Shown: positions 1 to 14,150, counted from the first letter of the stretch. The stretch is DNA of 64,000 nucleotides from Octopus sinensis (GCF_006345805.1 NC_043005.1:3224001-3288000), one strand, 5' to 3'. The notes: generated from the letters alone by a model not told the origin. Numbers and translations are program-made.

Positions 1-142
1 CCGCCTCCGACCATTTTTCTCCAAAATCTATTCGTTCGATTCCTTCGATTTCAAGGCAAAAAACAAAATCACACACATAAAGCTTTTCAATATTTTTTCC
101 ACATTTTTTGTTTCTATTGTTCTTTCGTAAATTATTATTATT

Positions 143-500
143 GTTTTACATCTCCGAGCGCCCGGTCATGTTTACTCTGGTAGATTATGGAAGAGCGGAC
201 AGCAGCCTGCTGTCAGAGATCTCATTGGGTCTCTTTCCGCACATTATAAGCTTTGATACTTGGGAGACATTCGACATCCAAGTACCAATCTGAAAATCCT
301 AGCTGTCCCAAACAGAGCAGGTTTTAGGGTTTGCTCTGTTCTCATGTCAGTTCCGATTTTTTGGACATATTTCTGGAACTTAGTCGTTATTGCTCCGAGT
401 ATCCATACAACTACTGGAATGACAGACACTCTCTCCATAGTCCACATTCTTGCAATTTCCTCTTTTATGCTTTTATGGGCCTCCCTTCATTATCAGTGGA
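143..500 (-). mobile_element. 3' fragment of R4/Dong-like (RLE-clade) non-LTR retrotransposon
   Basis: Minus-strand peptide EIARMWTMERVSVIPVVVWILGAITTKFQKY...ALFGTARIFRLVLG resembles the C-terminal restriction-like endonuclease region of the 26-29 kb element; 3' end abuts a short (TAA)n at 131-142. Confidence 0.8.
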
Positions 501-826
501 TCTACTCCAAAAAGAACATTCCATGACAGCTGCATTCATCGTCTTAGTTTATTTAGTTCTAGCAACTGTATAATGACAACCGAGCCTGTGCTGCTCACCC
601 ACAGGCCACCTTCTGGACGAAAGTCCCTATAACCTGTGGTCCCGTCCTCATTTATGCCATTGTTTGTGTTAATTCTCTTATTCATTAATCTCATGTAGAG
701 GAAAGTATAGCTAATATGTCAAATCCACCAATATTTTATCAAGACACCATCTCTAGAGGGGTTTGTCTTAAAAAGTTCAAAAGGGCCCTTCTACTCGTAG
801 AAGTTCAAGGGAGCTATCCTGCGCTG

Positions 827-880
<54 letters not shown>

Positions 881-881
<1 letters not shown>

Positions 882-1275
882 GACGGCGAGCTAGTAGAAT
901 CGTTAGCACGCCGGACGAAATGCTTAGTGGTATTTCGTCTGCCGTTACGTTCTGAGTTCAAATTCCGGCCGAGGTCGACTTTGCCTTTCGGGGACGATTA
1001 AATAAGTACCAGTTATGCACTGGGTCGATATAATCGACTTAATCCGTTTGTCTGTCCTTGTTTGTCTCCTCTGTGTTTAGCCCCTTGTGGGTAGTAAAGA
1101 AATAGGTATTTCGTCTGCTGTTACATTCTGAGTTCAAATTCCGCCGAGGTCGACCTTGCCTTTCGCCCTTTTGGGGTTGATGAAATTAAGTACCAGTGAA
1201 ATACTGGTGTCGATGAAATCGACTAGTCCCCTCCCCACAAATTTCATGCCTTGTGCCTCCAGTAGAAAGGATTAT
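881..1275 (+). mobile_element. tRNA-derived SINE family A, nested/dimeric copy
   Basis: A-box-like GGCGAGCTAGTAGAATCGTTAG, B-box GAGTTCAAATTCC, body shared with many copies in the window; GGTATTTCGTCTGC repeated at 929-942 and 1105-1118; preceded by (TTA)n. Confidence 0.85.
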
Positions 1276-1732
1276 TATTATTATTGTTGTTGTTGGTTCT
1301 ACATTTAAAATTATGGAGATGACGATTTTCGGAAAAATCCAAATCAAACCATCAATTCTATCTTCTCCAAAATACCGATGCCAATTGCTGGCAATGATTT
1401 TCCTCTTTCCATTTGTGATCATAAACCAAAAGAATTCCCCGAAGAGCGAACAACAAAAACAGTCAGAAAGGACAGATTAAATTCTCTTTTTACAATCTTT
1501 TTTTATTGATTTATCAAATAAAAACAACAATAAAAATACAAAAGCATCAACAAAAATCTAAAAGAGGGGGTGAAATTATAAAAGATGATCATTTTTCGTT
1601 TGTTTTTTTCTTCGTTTTTTTTTTTTTTTTTTTTTTTTAGAAAAAAGAACAATTTGAATTAGCGCCCGGGGTTGTTCACTAGATTCGAATCTACACGCTC
1701 TCTGATGTAGTCAAGGTTACGATGACACTCAC

Positions 1733-1810
1733 CATTCACCGGTGTATCTGTTTTTTCGGTTCCGTAAAACATATATAACGACAATACGTTTTATTGAGTT
1801 TTTTCATCGA
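1733..1810 (-). other. Candidate 5'-UTR exon ending in ATG
   Basis: Minus strand: pyrimidine tract + TTCAG acceptor before 1810 and GAATG|GTGAGT donor after 1733; 78 nt. Splice signals only, no homology evidence. Confidence 0.3.
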
Positions 1811-2103
1811 CTGAATTGGCGAAACGAAAAGAAACAAGGGCAGAAAAAAAATAACAACAACAGCCAAAAAACTATAATCTATAATGTCTGTTGTTTGTTT
1901 GCATCAGCAAAGATAAATTCATCGGGAAATGAAGAATTTGACATTTTTTTTCATTTATCTTTATTTATTTTGTTGTTGATTATTTTTCCAACAATGTCGA
2001 CCAGTTTAACGGAAGGTCAAACCGACATAGTTTCCCTCATTGGATAATATTATTTTAGCATGTTATGTAAACGTTCTTTCGAATATAATTAGCGACAGCA
2101 GGC

Positions 2104-2135
<32 letters not shown>

Positions 2136-2278
2136 GTGTGTGTGTGTGTGTGTGCGTATAAGAGTTAATGTATGTAAGTCTGAATGTGTGCACGTACGTA
2201 TGTATGCATGTATTATATGCACGTTTGCATGTACGTAACGTATCTTTGTTTATATGTATGTGTGTGTGTGTATAATGT

Positions 2279-2335
<57 letters not shown>

Positions 2336-2454
2336 GTGTGTTTGTACAAGCTTTTGTCACTCAAATCCAATGACGTACGATCGTCTCTTTTTGTCATTTC
2401 ATTCCTTGATCCGCTTCTTTTTGTTTTCCAAAGTCTTATGGCGATGGATTTGTT

Positions 2455-2476
2455 GCGCGAAAAGTCGTTTCCGCGC
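2455..2476. promoter_or_regulatory. Inverted pair of E2F-like motifs
   Basis: GCGCGAAA (2455-2462) and TTTCCGCGC (2468-2476) in a short unique island between microsatellites. Confidence 0.2.
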
Positions 2477-2585
2477 AGAAATGAAAATGAATCAGAACAA
2501 ACAGGCTGAATGGGAAATGGTTGGCATTTGACAAGATGAGGCAACCATCAATATATGTATGAACGTACGAACGTACGCATATACC

Positions 2586-3328
2586 TATGTATGTATGTAT
2601 GTATGTATGTATGTATGTATGTATGTATGTATGTATGTATGTATGTATGTATGTATGTATGCATGCATGTATGTATGTTTGTATGTATGTATGCATGTAT
2701 GTATGTATGTATGTATGTATGTATGTATGTATGTATGTATGTATGTATGTATGTGTGTATGTATGTATGTATGTATGTATGCATGTATGTATGTATGTAT
2801 GCATGTATGTATGCATGCATGTATGTATGTATGTATGCATGTATGTATGTATGTATGTATGTATGTATGTATGTATGTATGTATGTATGTATGTATGTAT
2901 GTATGTATGTATGTATGTATGTATGTATGTGTGTATGTATGTATGTATGTATGTATGTATGTATGCATGTATGTATGTATGTATGTATGTATGTATGTTT
3001 GTATGTATGTATGTGTGTATGTATGTATGTATGTATGTATGTATGTGTGTGTATGTATGTTTGTATGTATGTATGTATGTATGTGTGTATGTATGTATGT
3101 ATGTATGTGTGTGTATGTATGTATGTATGTATGTATGCATGTATGTATGCATGCATGTATGTATGTATGTATGCATGTATGTATGTATGTATGTATGTAT
3201 GTATGTATGTGTGTATGTATGTATGTATGTATATATGTATGTATGTTTGTATGTATGTATGTATGTATGTATGTATATATGTATGTATGTATGTATGTAT
3301 GTAGTATGTATGTATGTATGTATGTATG

Positions 3329-3362
<34 letters not shown>

Positions 3363-3408
3363 TGTATGTATGTATGTATGTATGTATGTATGTATGTGTG
3401 TATGTATG
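2586..3408. repeat. (TATG)n microsatellite, about 820 bp
   Basis: Direct reading; source of the MYVC/HTYI pseudo-ORFs. Confidence 0.98.
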
Positions 3409-4003
3409 CCAGTGTTCAGTTTTATTTCAAGATTTCTTACCAATAGAGAAAGAGCTGGTTTCGAACCTAGCTCCAAGGTTTCTTCATTGGAATTTCAATA
3501 ACATCAACAGGGTATTTGTGCATGTTTGTGTGCATATGTGCAGCATTTGGAATCAGTGTATGTACACATTTGTGTTAAGTATTTGTTTTCTGTATTCTCG
3601 TGCGCATATATTTATTTAAACGCTAAAATTCTGAAAAAGTTTTACAAATATTTACAGTTCCATTGCTGGCTTGAATCGGTAATCTTCGAATAAGCTTTCT
3701 TCTTCTTGGTTTTAAGAAGCACAATTTCTCAATATTGTACTTACATATCTCAGTGCCCCGGTAATTATAGATATAAACCCGAACTTGTAATCCAGGTAGG
3801 TATGTAATTATGTATGTATATACATCTTAGAAAAACAGAATGAAGTGGAGCAAGAATACACACGGAAACGAAAAATGTTGCTGAAGAAAGTGTGTGACGA
3901 AAGATTTCCGGACAATGGACAGGCATTAAAATAATAAAACAACAATAATAAACGAGTGAAGAAATATATTTCGAATGTATATATATATGTATATATAATA
4001 TAT

Positions 4004-4037
<34 letters not shown>

Positions 4038-4194
4038 ATATATATATAATATATATATATATTATATATATATATATTATATATATATATATTGTGCGTG
4101 TGTATATTTGGCAAAAATTAAAAAAATAAATAATAAATAAAATGACCATCCAGAAATATTTTGCTTTGTTCTTCTTTGGAAGCATCCATAACTT

Positions 4195-4420
4195 CCAGGC
4201 TCCCGGGGACCGGCATGGCAAAAAATAACCTCCACGTTTCTTCTAAGTGTCGCAAAGGCGACTAAAAGAGGTTAGCGTAGGATTTGCACTCCAACCGCGT
4301 AAAACCTTCACCAGCGACAACTACCCAAACAGACCCACGGGTTGTAGGGTTGTCACCGAAGTGGTGCAAAGGTGCCATCCGCCAGGTGTAATAAAGAATC
4401 ACCAACAAATGGTGGATGTT
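4195..4420 (+). mobile_element. Probable RTE-type LINE 5'-UTR remnant
   Basis: GTCGCAAAGGCGACTAAAAGAGG and CCAACCGCGTAAAA resemble motifs typical of RTE 5' ends; no coding evidence. Confidence 0.35.
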
Positions 4421-4448
4421 GCGACGCACTGTTATTACATTACCCTCA

Positions 4449-4483
<35 letters not shown>

Positions 4484-4729
4484 TACTACTACTACTACTA
4501 CTTATGCTAATAAGCATTCAATGCGCATCAATAAACGTGGACATAAGACCTGTAAGTTCCTTATTAGTCAGTCAAAGTGTTCTGTTTCCTTGCAAACTCT
4601 GGGCGAGAGAGATTTGACTCCGATGAGGGACCTCCAGTGCATCACTTTTGTCCCTGATCCATGCAGTAATGTAAGGGTTCGTTGTGTTAATATTGAACTA
4701 CAATATTATTGCGATATTTTACCCGAATT

Positions 4730-4925
4730 AAGGCGATGAGCTGGTTGCATTCGTTAGCACGCCGGACAAAATGCTAAGTGGCATTTAGTCCGTATCTACG
4801 TTCTGATTTCAAATTCCCCCCGGGTCGACTTAGCCTTTCGCCTTTTCGAGGTCGATAAAATAGTAGCAGTTGAGCACGGGGTCGATGTAATCGACTGAAC
4901 CCCTCCCCCGAAATTGCTGGCCGTG
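4730..4925 (+). mobile_element. SINE family A, diverged copy
   Basis: Aligns by eye to 881-1100 and 17848-18080. Confidence 0.8.
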
Positions 4926-5139
4926 TTTCTTACTTTCAAACGTGTGAATCCGGTTCTGGTGGACCTTTTGCAATGACTTCCGGGGCAATACTTTCTACGG
5001 ACGCCATTGTAAACAGACTTAATATTGTAAACAATATGAAGTCTCTTAGCAACGTAGCACCTTGTGGATATTTTGGTCAGCTGGTGATGATGTGGATGAT
5101 AGCTTTCACACGGGGCGAAGTTCAGAGGTAGCCTTTATC

Positions 5140-5533
5140 TTTTACTTGTTCCAGACATTAGACTACGGCCGTGCTGGAGCAACGCCTTGATGAACTTTTT
5201 GTCGAATGAATCGACCACAGTACTTTTCCTTTTTAAAACCTGGTAATTATTATATCGGTGTCTTTTGCCAAACCGCTAGTTGACGGGGATGTAAATGCAC
5301 CAACACCTGTTGTCATGTGGTGGTGGGAGACAAAAACAGAGAGAAAGACACTCATAGATATAAACATATACAACAGGCTTCTTTTAGTTTTCGTCTATCA
5401 AATCCACGCACAAGGCTTTGGTTGGCCCGAGTCTATAGTAGAAGACACTTGGCCAAGGTGCCACGCAGTGGGACTGAACATGAAACCATATGATTGGGAA
5501 GCAAGCTTCTTGCCATAGAGCCACGCCCGCGCC
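5140..5533 (-). mobile_element. tRNA-derived SINE family B (CORE-like central domain)
   Basis: Reverse complement shows tRNA-like head, GCACCTTGGCCAAGTGTCTTC core and GCTCCAGCACGGCC tail shared with 6325, 37160, 58217. Confidence 0.8.
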
Positions 5534-5939
5534 TGGTGTTAAAATATTTAGCAGAGAAGTTTGGCCATGGGCTCTTAGGAGCCTCGTTCGATTTGTTTTA
5601 CTCCGCCTCTGTTCTGTTTTTGTTTTTTCCAACGGATTTCCTATTTCTTCCTGAAGAGAAAGACACAATATGGTCTCATTATTCAATCGGAATTTGGTAA
5701 ATTGTGCCTTTCGAAACACGTGTAGAATGAAATAAAACGATTTCTGTTCAATCTTCGTTCAACTCCATTTCTTCAATTCACTAATAATATTAAAATTCAA
5801 TTATCCGCACCAACGCACGGTTGCAACACCATATGGTTGTACATCCAACCGTGCTGTCTTCTGCTGTGATTTTTGCTACCAAGTATCGTTAAACTTTTGA
5901 TTAATCTGCAACAAGATTATTCATCATTCTATTTCACAT

Positions 5940-6272
<333 letters not shown>

Positions 6273-6324
6273 TACATTCGAAATCCCTCCAGCGATTGGT
6301 GAAAATCAGCGAAGTGATTTTGTT

Positions 6325-6580
6325 CTTTTATTCTTTTATTCGTTCAGTCATTTGAGTGCGGCCATGCTGGAGCACGGCCTTTAGTCGAACAAATCAACCC
6401 CAGGACTTATTCTTTGTGAGCCTAGTACTTATCCTGTGGGTCACTTTTGCCGAACCCCTAAGTTACGGGGACGTAAACACTGCAACATCGGTTGTCAAGC
6501 GATGATGGGGAGGACAAACACAGACACACAAACATACACACACACACTCACTCACACACACACATACACACATATATATC

Positions 6581-6630
<50 letters not shown>

Positions 6631-6805
6631 GTATATATATATACGACGGGCTTCTTTCAGTTTCCGTCAACCAGGTCCACTCACAAGGCTTTGGTCGGCC
6701 TGAGGTTATAGCAGAAGACACTTGCCCAAGGTGCCACGCAGTGGGTCTGAACCAGAAACCATGTGGTTGGTAAGCAAGCTACTTACCACACACCATGCTT
6801 GCGCC
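6325..6805 (-). mobile_element. SINE family B with internal (CA)/(TA) microsatellite
   Basis: Head GGTAAGCAAGCTACTTACCACAC, core CACTTGCCCAAGGTGCC, tail GGCCATGCTGGAGCAC on + strand. Confidence 0.85.
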
Positions 6806-6891
6806 TTTGTACAGTATATATTTTTATAATTTGTATATATTTATTTTATTAAAAATGCAAAACAACACCACAGAAGAATCGACGTAAGCTT

Positions 6892-6956
<65 letters not shown>

Positions 6957-7298
6957 TCTAGTTTCAGCTCTCACAAGCTGTGGCCATGCTGGGGCACATG
7001 TACTATTCTTAAGCAAGACTAATATTGGCAGCAACTTCGAAATTTCGGCCAATTAAGCAACCATTGGACTGCATACAGACTCTGTTGGGTTAAAATCTTC
7101 CTTGGGTGTTGAAGGTTTGAGTGGGGGAGTGATGATTAGGTTTTTAGGGTGGGTTGGTATGGAGTGGGAGTGGGGAGAAATTTTCTTTGAATTTGGGTAA
7201 TTTTATTTTTTAGATTTTATTCAAGTATGTAGAACTTTGTATGTGTGGTGAATATTCAGATGCGTTCCTTTGTTCAGAGGCACAATATATATTATATT

Positions 7299-7460
<162 letters not shown>

Positions 7461-8083
7461 ATATATTATATATATATATATATATATATCCTACACACAT
7501 AAAGATAATGTGGTCCAGAAATACATCGAATCCGTGTGTCGAAGAATGTATAAAACAGAGGCAATGGTCTGCAGCGAAATATTTGTGTGTGTTGGTTGAA
7601 ACAGTTACCGATTCCACTAAAAGAACCGAAACCAGGCACCGGCGTCTGCTGCCTCCTGCAACACATCGGGTCTCTGTACGAATCTCTTTTCTGCCGATCA
7701 TCACTTCTCTCCTTCCTCTCTCCTTCTTCTTGACTTACTTTTTCGCGCATTCAGGCGCGCGTGCACACACGCGTCTGCGCGTGCATGCGCGCACACAACC
7801 TCACACCCATGGATAGTCTCATTCCATTCATATTCCAGCACACACACATGCTCACCCATTTCCTCTTCCTCACTCACTCACTCATACTTGCCTTATCTTT
7901 TCCTCCTTCAATCCCTCCCACCCCTCCCTCTCTTTTACTATCTATCCATCCATCCATCCATGCATCCATGCATCCATATATCCTATGTATGTATGTATGT
8001 ATGTATGTATGTATGTATGTATGTATGTATGTATGTATGCATGTATGTATTCATCTTTATCTATCTATCTATCTATCTATCTA

Positions 8084-8119
<36 letters not shown>

Positions 8120-8157
8120 CCTCTCTCTCTCTCACTATCTATCTATCTATATATGTA

Positions 8158-8188
<31 letters not shown>

Positions 8189-8217
8189 ATGTTTCTATAT
8201 ATATATATATATACATC

Positions 8218-8250
<33 letters not shown>

Positions 8251-8347
8251 GGATATATATATATATATATATATAATATTTATTATATATAAATATAATA
8301 TATATATATATATATATATATAAATATATATATCTATATATATATTA

Positions 8348-8445
<98 letters not shown>

Positions 8446-8530
8446 GCATTTCAATATATTCAGCCATTATCACATTACTATTTATTAGCATCTCACGGGT
8501 TCTCCTCTCTGTCTCTCTCTCCTCTCTCTC

Positions 8531-8561
<31 letters not shown>

Positions 8562-8599
8562 GGTCTCTCGTTCTCTTCCTCACCGTCTCTCTCGCTCTC

Positions 8600-8805
8600 T
8601 TTCCCTCCGTGTCTGTCTCTACCTCTTCTGAACAGTCTTCTCTCTGTCTGGAGACCAGAACGAAAGAGGTTGTGCGATGGATGGATGGATGAGAGCGAAA
8701 GGTTTGAGGGAAAACGCTTCGCACTTTGGTCGAGTCCTCATCGACTGTTTCGTGTTTCACTCGAAAAGAAAAGGGAGCGGAGTGAGTGAGTGAGTGAGTG
8801 AGTGA

Positions 8806-8857
<52 letters not shown>

Positions 8858-8919
8858 GAGAGAGAGAGAAAGAGAGAGAGAGGGGATAGGTGTTGATTTC
8901 GAGTAAATTTTCTTGAAAG
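8600..8919 (+). other. Candidate non-coding first exon / TSS region
   Basis: Unique CpG-containing sequence between (CT)n and (GA)n tracts ending at consensus donor AAAG|GTGAGT (8919/8920); start is arbitrary. Confidence 0.25.
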
Positions 8920-9384
8920 GTGAGTAGGAATGGAAAAATGGCAAAAGTGAAAGGAACGACCACTCTCCCCAACTGTCGCCCTCCACTTCGGGGAACGACA
9001 GTTGGAGTGAGCACCAGACCTCAGCACTATGTTCAGAGTGATCTTGAATCAGTAAGGTCACTCGAGTGGTTCTACGTGGAGATCCTTCCGTATCAAGACG
9101 ACTACATCGTCGTCGTCGTCGTCGTTATCCTTCATTATTTCTAGACCGTTTAGTTGTATTTCTTGTAGTTTTCTCGTTCATTCAATTTTCCATGAACATC
9201 TGATTTGTAAATGTCTCCTCTAGGCCAGGTGACAGATACAACAAATATGATATTGACGATGATGATGATGATGATGATGATGATGATCATCATCATCATC
9301 ATCATCATCATCATTATTACTATACATACCAAAACCTGAATGGTTGCCATACCAGACAAAATACTTTGGGGTATTTCTTCCTGT

Positions 9385-9790
9385 TCTTTGCGTTCTGACT
9401 TCTGATACCGCTGAGGTCAACTTTACCTTTCATCCCTTTCGGGATCAATAAAATAAAGTACCAGACAATTACTGGAGTGGAGGCAGGGTCGATGTAGTCG
9501 CCTACATCTTCTCCCAAAACTTCAGGGTTTCTGCCTGTAGTAGAAAGGATCCTCCTCCTCCCTCCTCCTCCTCCTCCTCATCATCATCATCATTGAGCTC
9601 GCAGAAGCGTTAGCACGCCGAGCAAAGTGCTTAGCGGCCTTCTTTCTCTGCCGAGGTGGACATTGCCTTTTAGTATATCGGGGTTTGTGAAATAAGTATC
9701 AGTCAAGGACTGGAGTCGATGTAATTGACCAACTATTCTCCGCCCCCCTCCCCCCCAAGTTTTTGGGCCTTGTGCCTTCAATTGGACGGT
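9385..9790 (+). mobile_element. Two diverged SINE family A copies separated by (CCT)n(CAT)n
   Basis: Copies at about 9385-9548 and 9594-9790 share body motifs GAGGTCAACTTTACCTTTC and AATAAGTATCAG. Confidence 0.75.
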
Positions 9791-10451
9791 CAGGGTTATT
9801 ATCATAGTTTATTGAAGTGATCCTTTTCTTCCACCATCGTTTAACATATAGACAAGCAAGATTCGAACTTAGAACATTAAAAGGATGTAACTAAATAATA
9901 CAAAACGTTTGGTTCTGGTCTGAAAGGATGGCATTTCTGCAAGTTGGACAAGTGCTGAAAATATGAATAAAAGGATGAAGTCAGAGATACAAAACTAATT
10001 ATTCCGGAACTGGATTCTGGCCGGGGAGGGTAAATATTTCTTTTAAAATGATGGCTCCTGATATTAGCAGATAATGTCTGAGGTGTTTGGAAGAGGTTGA
10101 CGGGGAGAATGAGATGTTGAAGCGTTCATTCTTTGCCTACTTTGTTAGTGATTGATTTAAGGGAAATAAATTCACAGCAGCAACTGGGAATCGAAACTCG
10201 ATTGTCCAGTCGGCTTACGAAAGTATTGGTGGTGATTACTTGAACTGTTTTGTTTCCACTTAACAACAAAGACCTCAGCTGCTTCCTAAGGAGGCGGGAA
10301 CATATGTGATGAGGTGACGTTCATTCCGTTCCTGTCATCTTTTCGTTTATTCCTTCATAACGAGCGGATTTTTTAAATCCCTTCCAATCTGTTATACATA
10401 CATACATACATGCATACATACGTATGTATGTATGTATATATATAATATATA

Positions 10452-10494
<43 letters not shown>

Positions 10495-10525
10495 ATATAT
10501 ATATATATATATTATATATTATATA

Positions 10526-10572
<47 letters not shown>

Positions 10573-10676
10573 AATATATGCGTATGTGTGCAAACAATAT
10601 AAACATATATATATACATATATATATATGCATTTATATAGAAATGCGTATATGCATGTATATATCTATATGTGTAT

Positions 10677-10744
<68 letters not shown>

Positions 10745-10875
10745 ATATATACATGAAATATTAATCTGAGTGTGTATGTATGTATAAATATACATACATA
10801 AATAAACTTCTACATGCATGCATATATATATATCCATACATGGATACACGCACACACTCACACACACACACACAT

Positions 10876-10910
<35 letters not shown>

Positions 10911-11019
10911 CATACACACATACATACGTGTATCGCACACCTGTGAATGTGTAAGTGTGCGTGTTTCGGCTTATTCAGTTTAGTATCTCTGGTTTTATCC
11001 TTTTACTTTTACTTATGTA

Positions 11020-11049
<30 letters not shown>

Positions 11050-11050
<1 letters not shown>

Positions 11051-11351
11051 ACATTACATACACACACACATGCATACATACATACATACATACATACATA
11101 CAAACATACATACATACATACATACATACAAACATACATACATACATACACATACACACACACATGCATACATACATACATACATACATACATACATACA
11201 TACACACACACATACATACATACATACATACATACACACACATACATACATACACACACATACATACACACACATACATACACACACACATACATACATA
11301 CACACACATAATACATACATACATACATACATACACACACACATACATACA
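11050..11351. repeat. (CATA)n/(CA)n compound microsatellite
   Basis: Direct reading; compound (GT)n follows at 11670-11980 and (GA)n at 12075-12135. Confidence 0.97.
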
Positions 11352-11509
11352 TTCTAAAATAACGAAAGTACATTACTAAAAAAAGAAAGAAAGAAAAAAA
11401 CGCTAAGCAACAACTCGAAGAAATCTGATTAACATTAACAAGAAGAAGACGACGACGAACAATGAAGTGGAACCAAATTTTAGCAGCGACGAATAAAAAG
11501 AAGTAAATC

Positions 11510-11620
11510 AGGCCAATATCGACCTAGAATCGGCAAAGCAGCTCTCGATAATAACAAACCAAAAACGGTCTCTTATTACGTCATTAGCAGGTGCCCTTGT
11601 TATTAGCCAATCAGCGAGCA
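11510..11620. promoter_or_regulatory. CRE-like + CCAAT-box motif cluster
   Basis: TTACGTCA 11576-11583, CAGGTG E-box, AGCCAATCAG 11605-11614, GGCCAAT near 11512. Confidence 0.3.
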
Positions 11621-11671
11621 GCATGTCCTAGTGGCTTGCGTCCAGGTTAGATAACGGTGGAAATATATATA

Positions 11672-11720
<49 letters not shown>

Positions 11721-12084
11721 GTGTCTATGTATACACACACGCACACATTTATATACACACAAACATATCTTTATGTATACAGACAGAACTTTGTGTATAA
11801 GATTTTGTATGTTTATGTTTCTGTGCATGTATGTTCTTGTGCTTGTGTGTGTGTGTGTGTGTGTTCTTGTGCTTGTGTGTGTGTGTGTGTGTGTGTGTTC
11901 TTGTGCTTGTGTGTGTGTGTGTGTGTGTGTGTTCTTGTGTGTGTGTGTGTGTGTGTGTGTTCTTGTGTGTGTGTGTATGACTGTGTGTATGCAATTACAA
12001 ATCTACACGTTTAATAACTATATCAACACTCGCACGCACAAAATGAGAGAGATCTACAGAGAGAAGTAAGAGCGATAGAAGAGA

Positions 12085-12137
<53 letters not shown>

Positions 12138-13144
12138 CGAGAAAGCGATGGAGAGAACAGAGAGAGAGATACAAATCAGAGACGAGTGAAGAATGAAAAG
12201 CAAATGAAAAGAGGAAAAGTAAGAGAGAGAAAGGGTAGAAGAGACTGAAAGAGGAAGATAGATTGATAGATTAAAGATATAGCAGGGGAGGAGGAGGAGG
12301 AGGAGGGAGTGAGAGAGGTCGGGGTGATGAATAGGGGAGGGGTAAGCAAATAGGTGGATGTAGATATATATATGAGAGAGATGCCACTTGTCAGAGCCAT
12401 GTGTGTGCGTGTGTGTTCGTTAGTTGAAGGCAGCTGTGTGTGAATGTGAGTGTGAATATCAACGTGTGTGTGCGTGTGTGTGTGTGTGTGTGATGGAAGG
12501 GGTGCCGAGTGCATGCGTGTGTGTGAGAGAGAGAGCAATGCATGTGCGGATATGTGTGTGTGCGTAGTTTTGTGAGCACCGACGAAACGTGCACCTCGCA
12601 GTGACTTGACCGTCTGCTTGGTGCACGCATAACATTTAATTATTTTCTCCTGATAAGCGTGTTACCACCACACACACACATCACATTTCACTCTGTTTCT
12701 CTCTCTCTCTCCCTCACACCCACTCACCCACCCACACACACACACACAAGAACGAACCACGCACACCTTTATTTATATGTTTATTTATTCATTTAACTAC
12801 TTTCGGGGGTGTGCAAGGTCTACAATTTTCAAGATATTCTACCCTATATTCTTGGTAATTGTGGGTGACAACAGCAGCAAATTATCTTACCTCCGGTTTC
12901 TTTTTTTTTAAAACCATTTCTTCTTTGCTTTTAAAACTTGGCCATTCTGCTGATCCTACCGTGGTAACACCCGGGTTACCATTGTGATGCCAGACCGGAG
13001 TTTAGACTGTTGTTTACAGACTCAAACCGACTCATTGCTGTCGGTTGTTGGCTTTTCACGATAGATTTTATGAAAAGCAAGAAAGAAATAAAGACAACCA
13101 GAAAGTAAATGAAGTCGGAATGTAATTCTTCTTCTTCGCTGCAG

Positions 13145-13203
13145 TGAGCTTTTGGTTTGGTGCCGTAACCAGTGGAGTTCTGTGTCTTCCGATCCTAAAA
13201 CAG
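13145..13203 (+). other. Candidate internal exon (59 nt)
   Basis: TTCTTCTTCTTCGCTGCAG acceptor and CAG|GTAATG donor. Confidence 0.25.
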
Positions 13204-13304
13204 GTAATGCAATTCTTCTTCTTCTTCTTCTTCTTGACAATGGTATAATTACTATGAGTTATTAATTATATTGAAACATTCCTTCTTCTATTATTATTGC
13301 ATTT

Positions 13305-13621
13305 CGTACGTTTTTTTTCGTTCTGAGTTCGAATTCCGCCGGGGTCGACTTTGTCTATGAAGCCTTTCGCCGTCGATATTACAAGTACCGGTTGAGTTCT
13401 GAGGTTGATGTAAATTTCAGACCTTGCGCTTAGTAGAAGGGATTTTTATAATTATTGTTATTTTACGCTCTGTGTGCAAACGCCGCCCAGGTTGACTTTG
13501 CCTTTCATCCTTTCGACGTCTATAAATTAAGGACCAGTGAAACACTGGGGTCGATATAATCGACTAGTCCCCCCCCTCACAGATTTCAGGCCTTGTACCT
13601 GTAGCAGAAAGGGACATTATT

Positions 13622-13698
<77 letters not shown>

Positions 13699-14150
13699 CA
13701 TTATTATTGTGTTGCTATGATTGAATGATGCAGGAAGGTCAGAATCGGTGGAGCGCCGGACGTTTTGCGTTATTCAGTTACGTCCCTTTATATTCAAAGT
13801 TCCATTCCTACAGTGACCGACTTTACCTTTTACCTTTCCGGGGATGGGGCGTGGGTGCTCAATAAATTGAGAACCACTCAAGTACTGAGATCGATTTCAT
13901 CGCCTAGCCTCCTCCCCCACCAACCCAAAAAGAAATGTCTAGTTCTTTGTCAGAACAGATGGAACGGTGGTGGGGGGAAATGTTCTACTCTCTTTAAGAA
14001 CGACTGTTTTACGTTTTGTTCAAATCCTGCTGGAACTGACTTTATCTTCCCACCTTCCTGGATCGATAAAAATAGATACCAGTAAAATACTAGGGTCTCA
14101 TTTAATTAACTCCTGCCTTCCACAAAATGTGTGGCTTCAATGTCTAGGAT
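13305..14150 (+). mobile_element. Cluster of four degenerate SINE family A copies
   Basis: Copies at about 13305, 13465, 13735 and 14010, all plus strand, around a (CAT)n(TAT)n tract. Confidence 0.7.

Noticed and set aside
4200-4275. Possible HDV-like ribozyme (GTCGC-AAAG-GCGAC-TAA)
   Set aside because: P4 and J4/2-like parts are present but I could not pair P1, P2 or P1.1; at most a decayed RTE 5' end.
5700-5735. GAAAC-ACGT-GTA hammerhead half (also 51820, 55812, 3451-3490)
   Set aside because: No intact core or stem pairing upstream.
5815-5854. GCACGGTTG/CAACCGTGC hairpin
   Set aside because: A 9-bp stem alone is not distinguishable from chance and has no supporting context.
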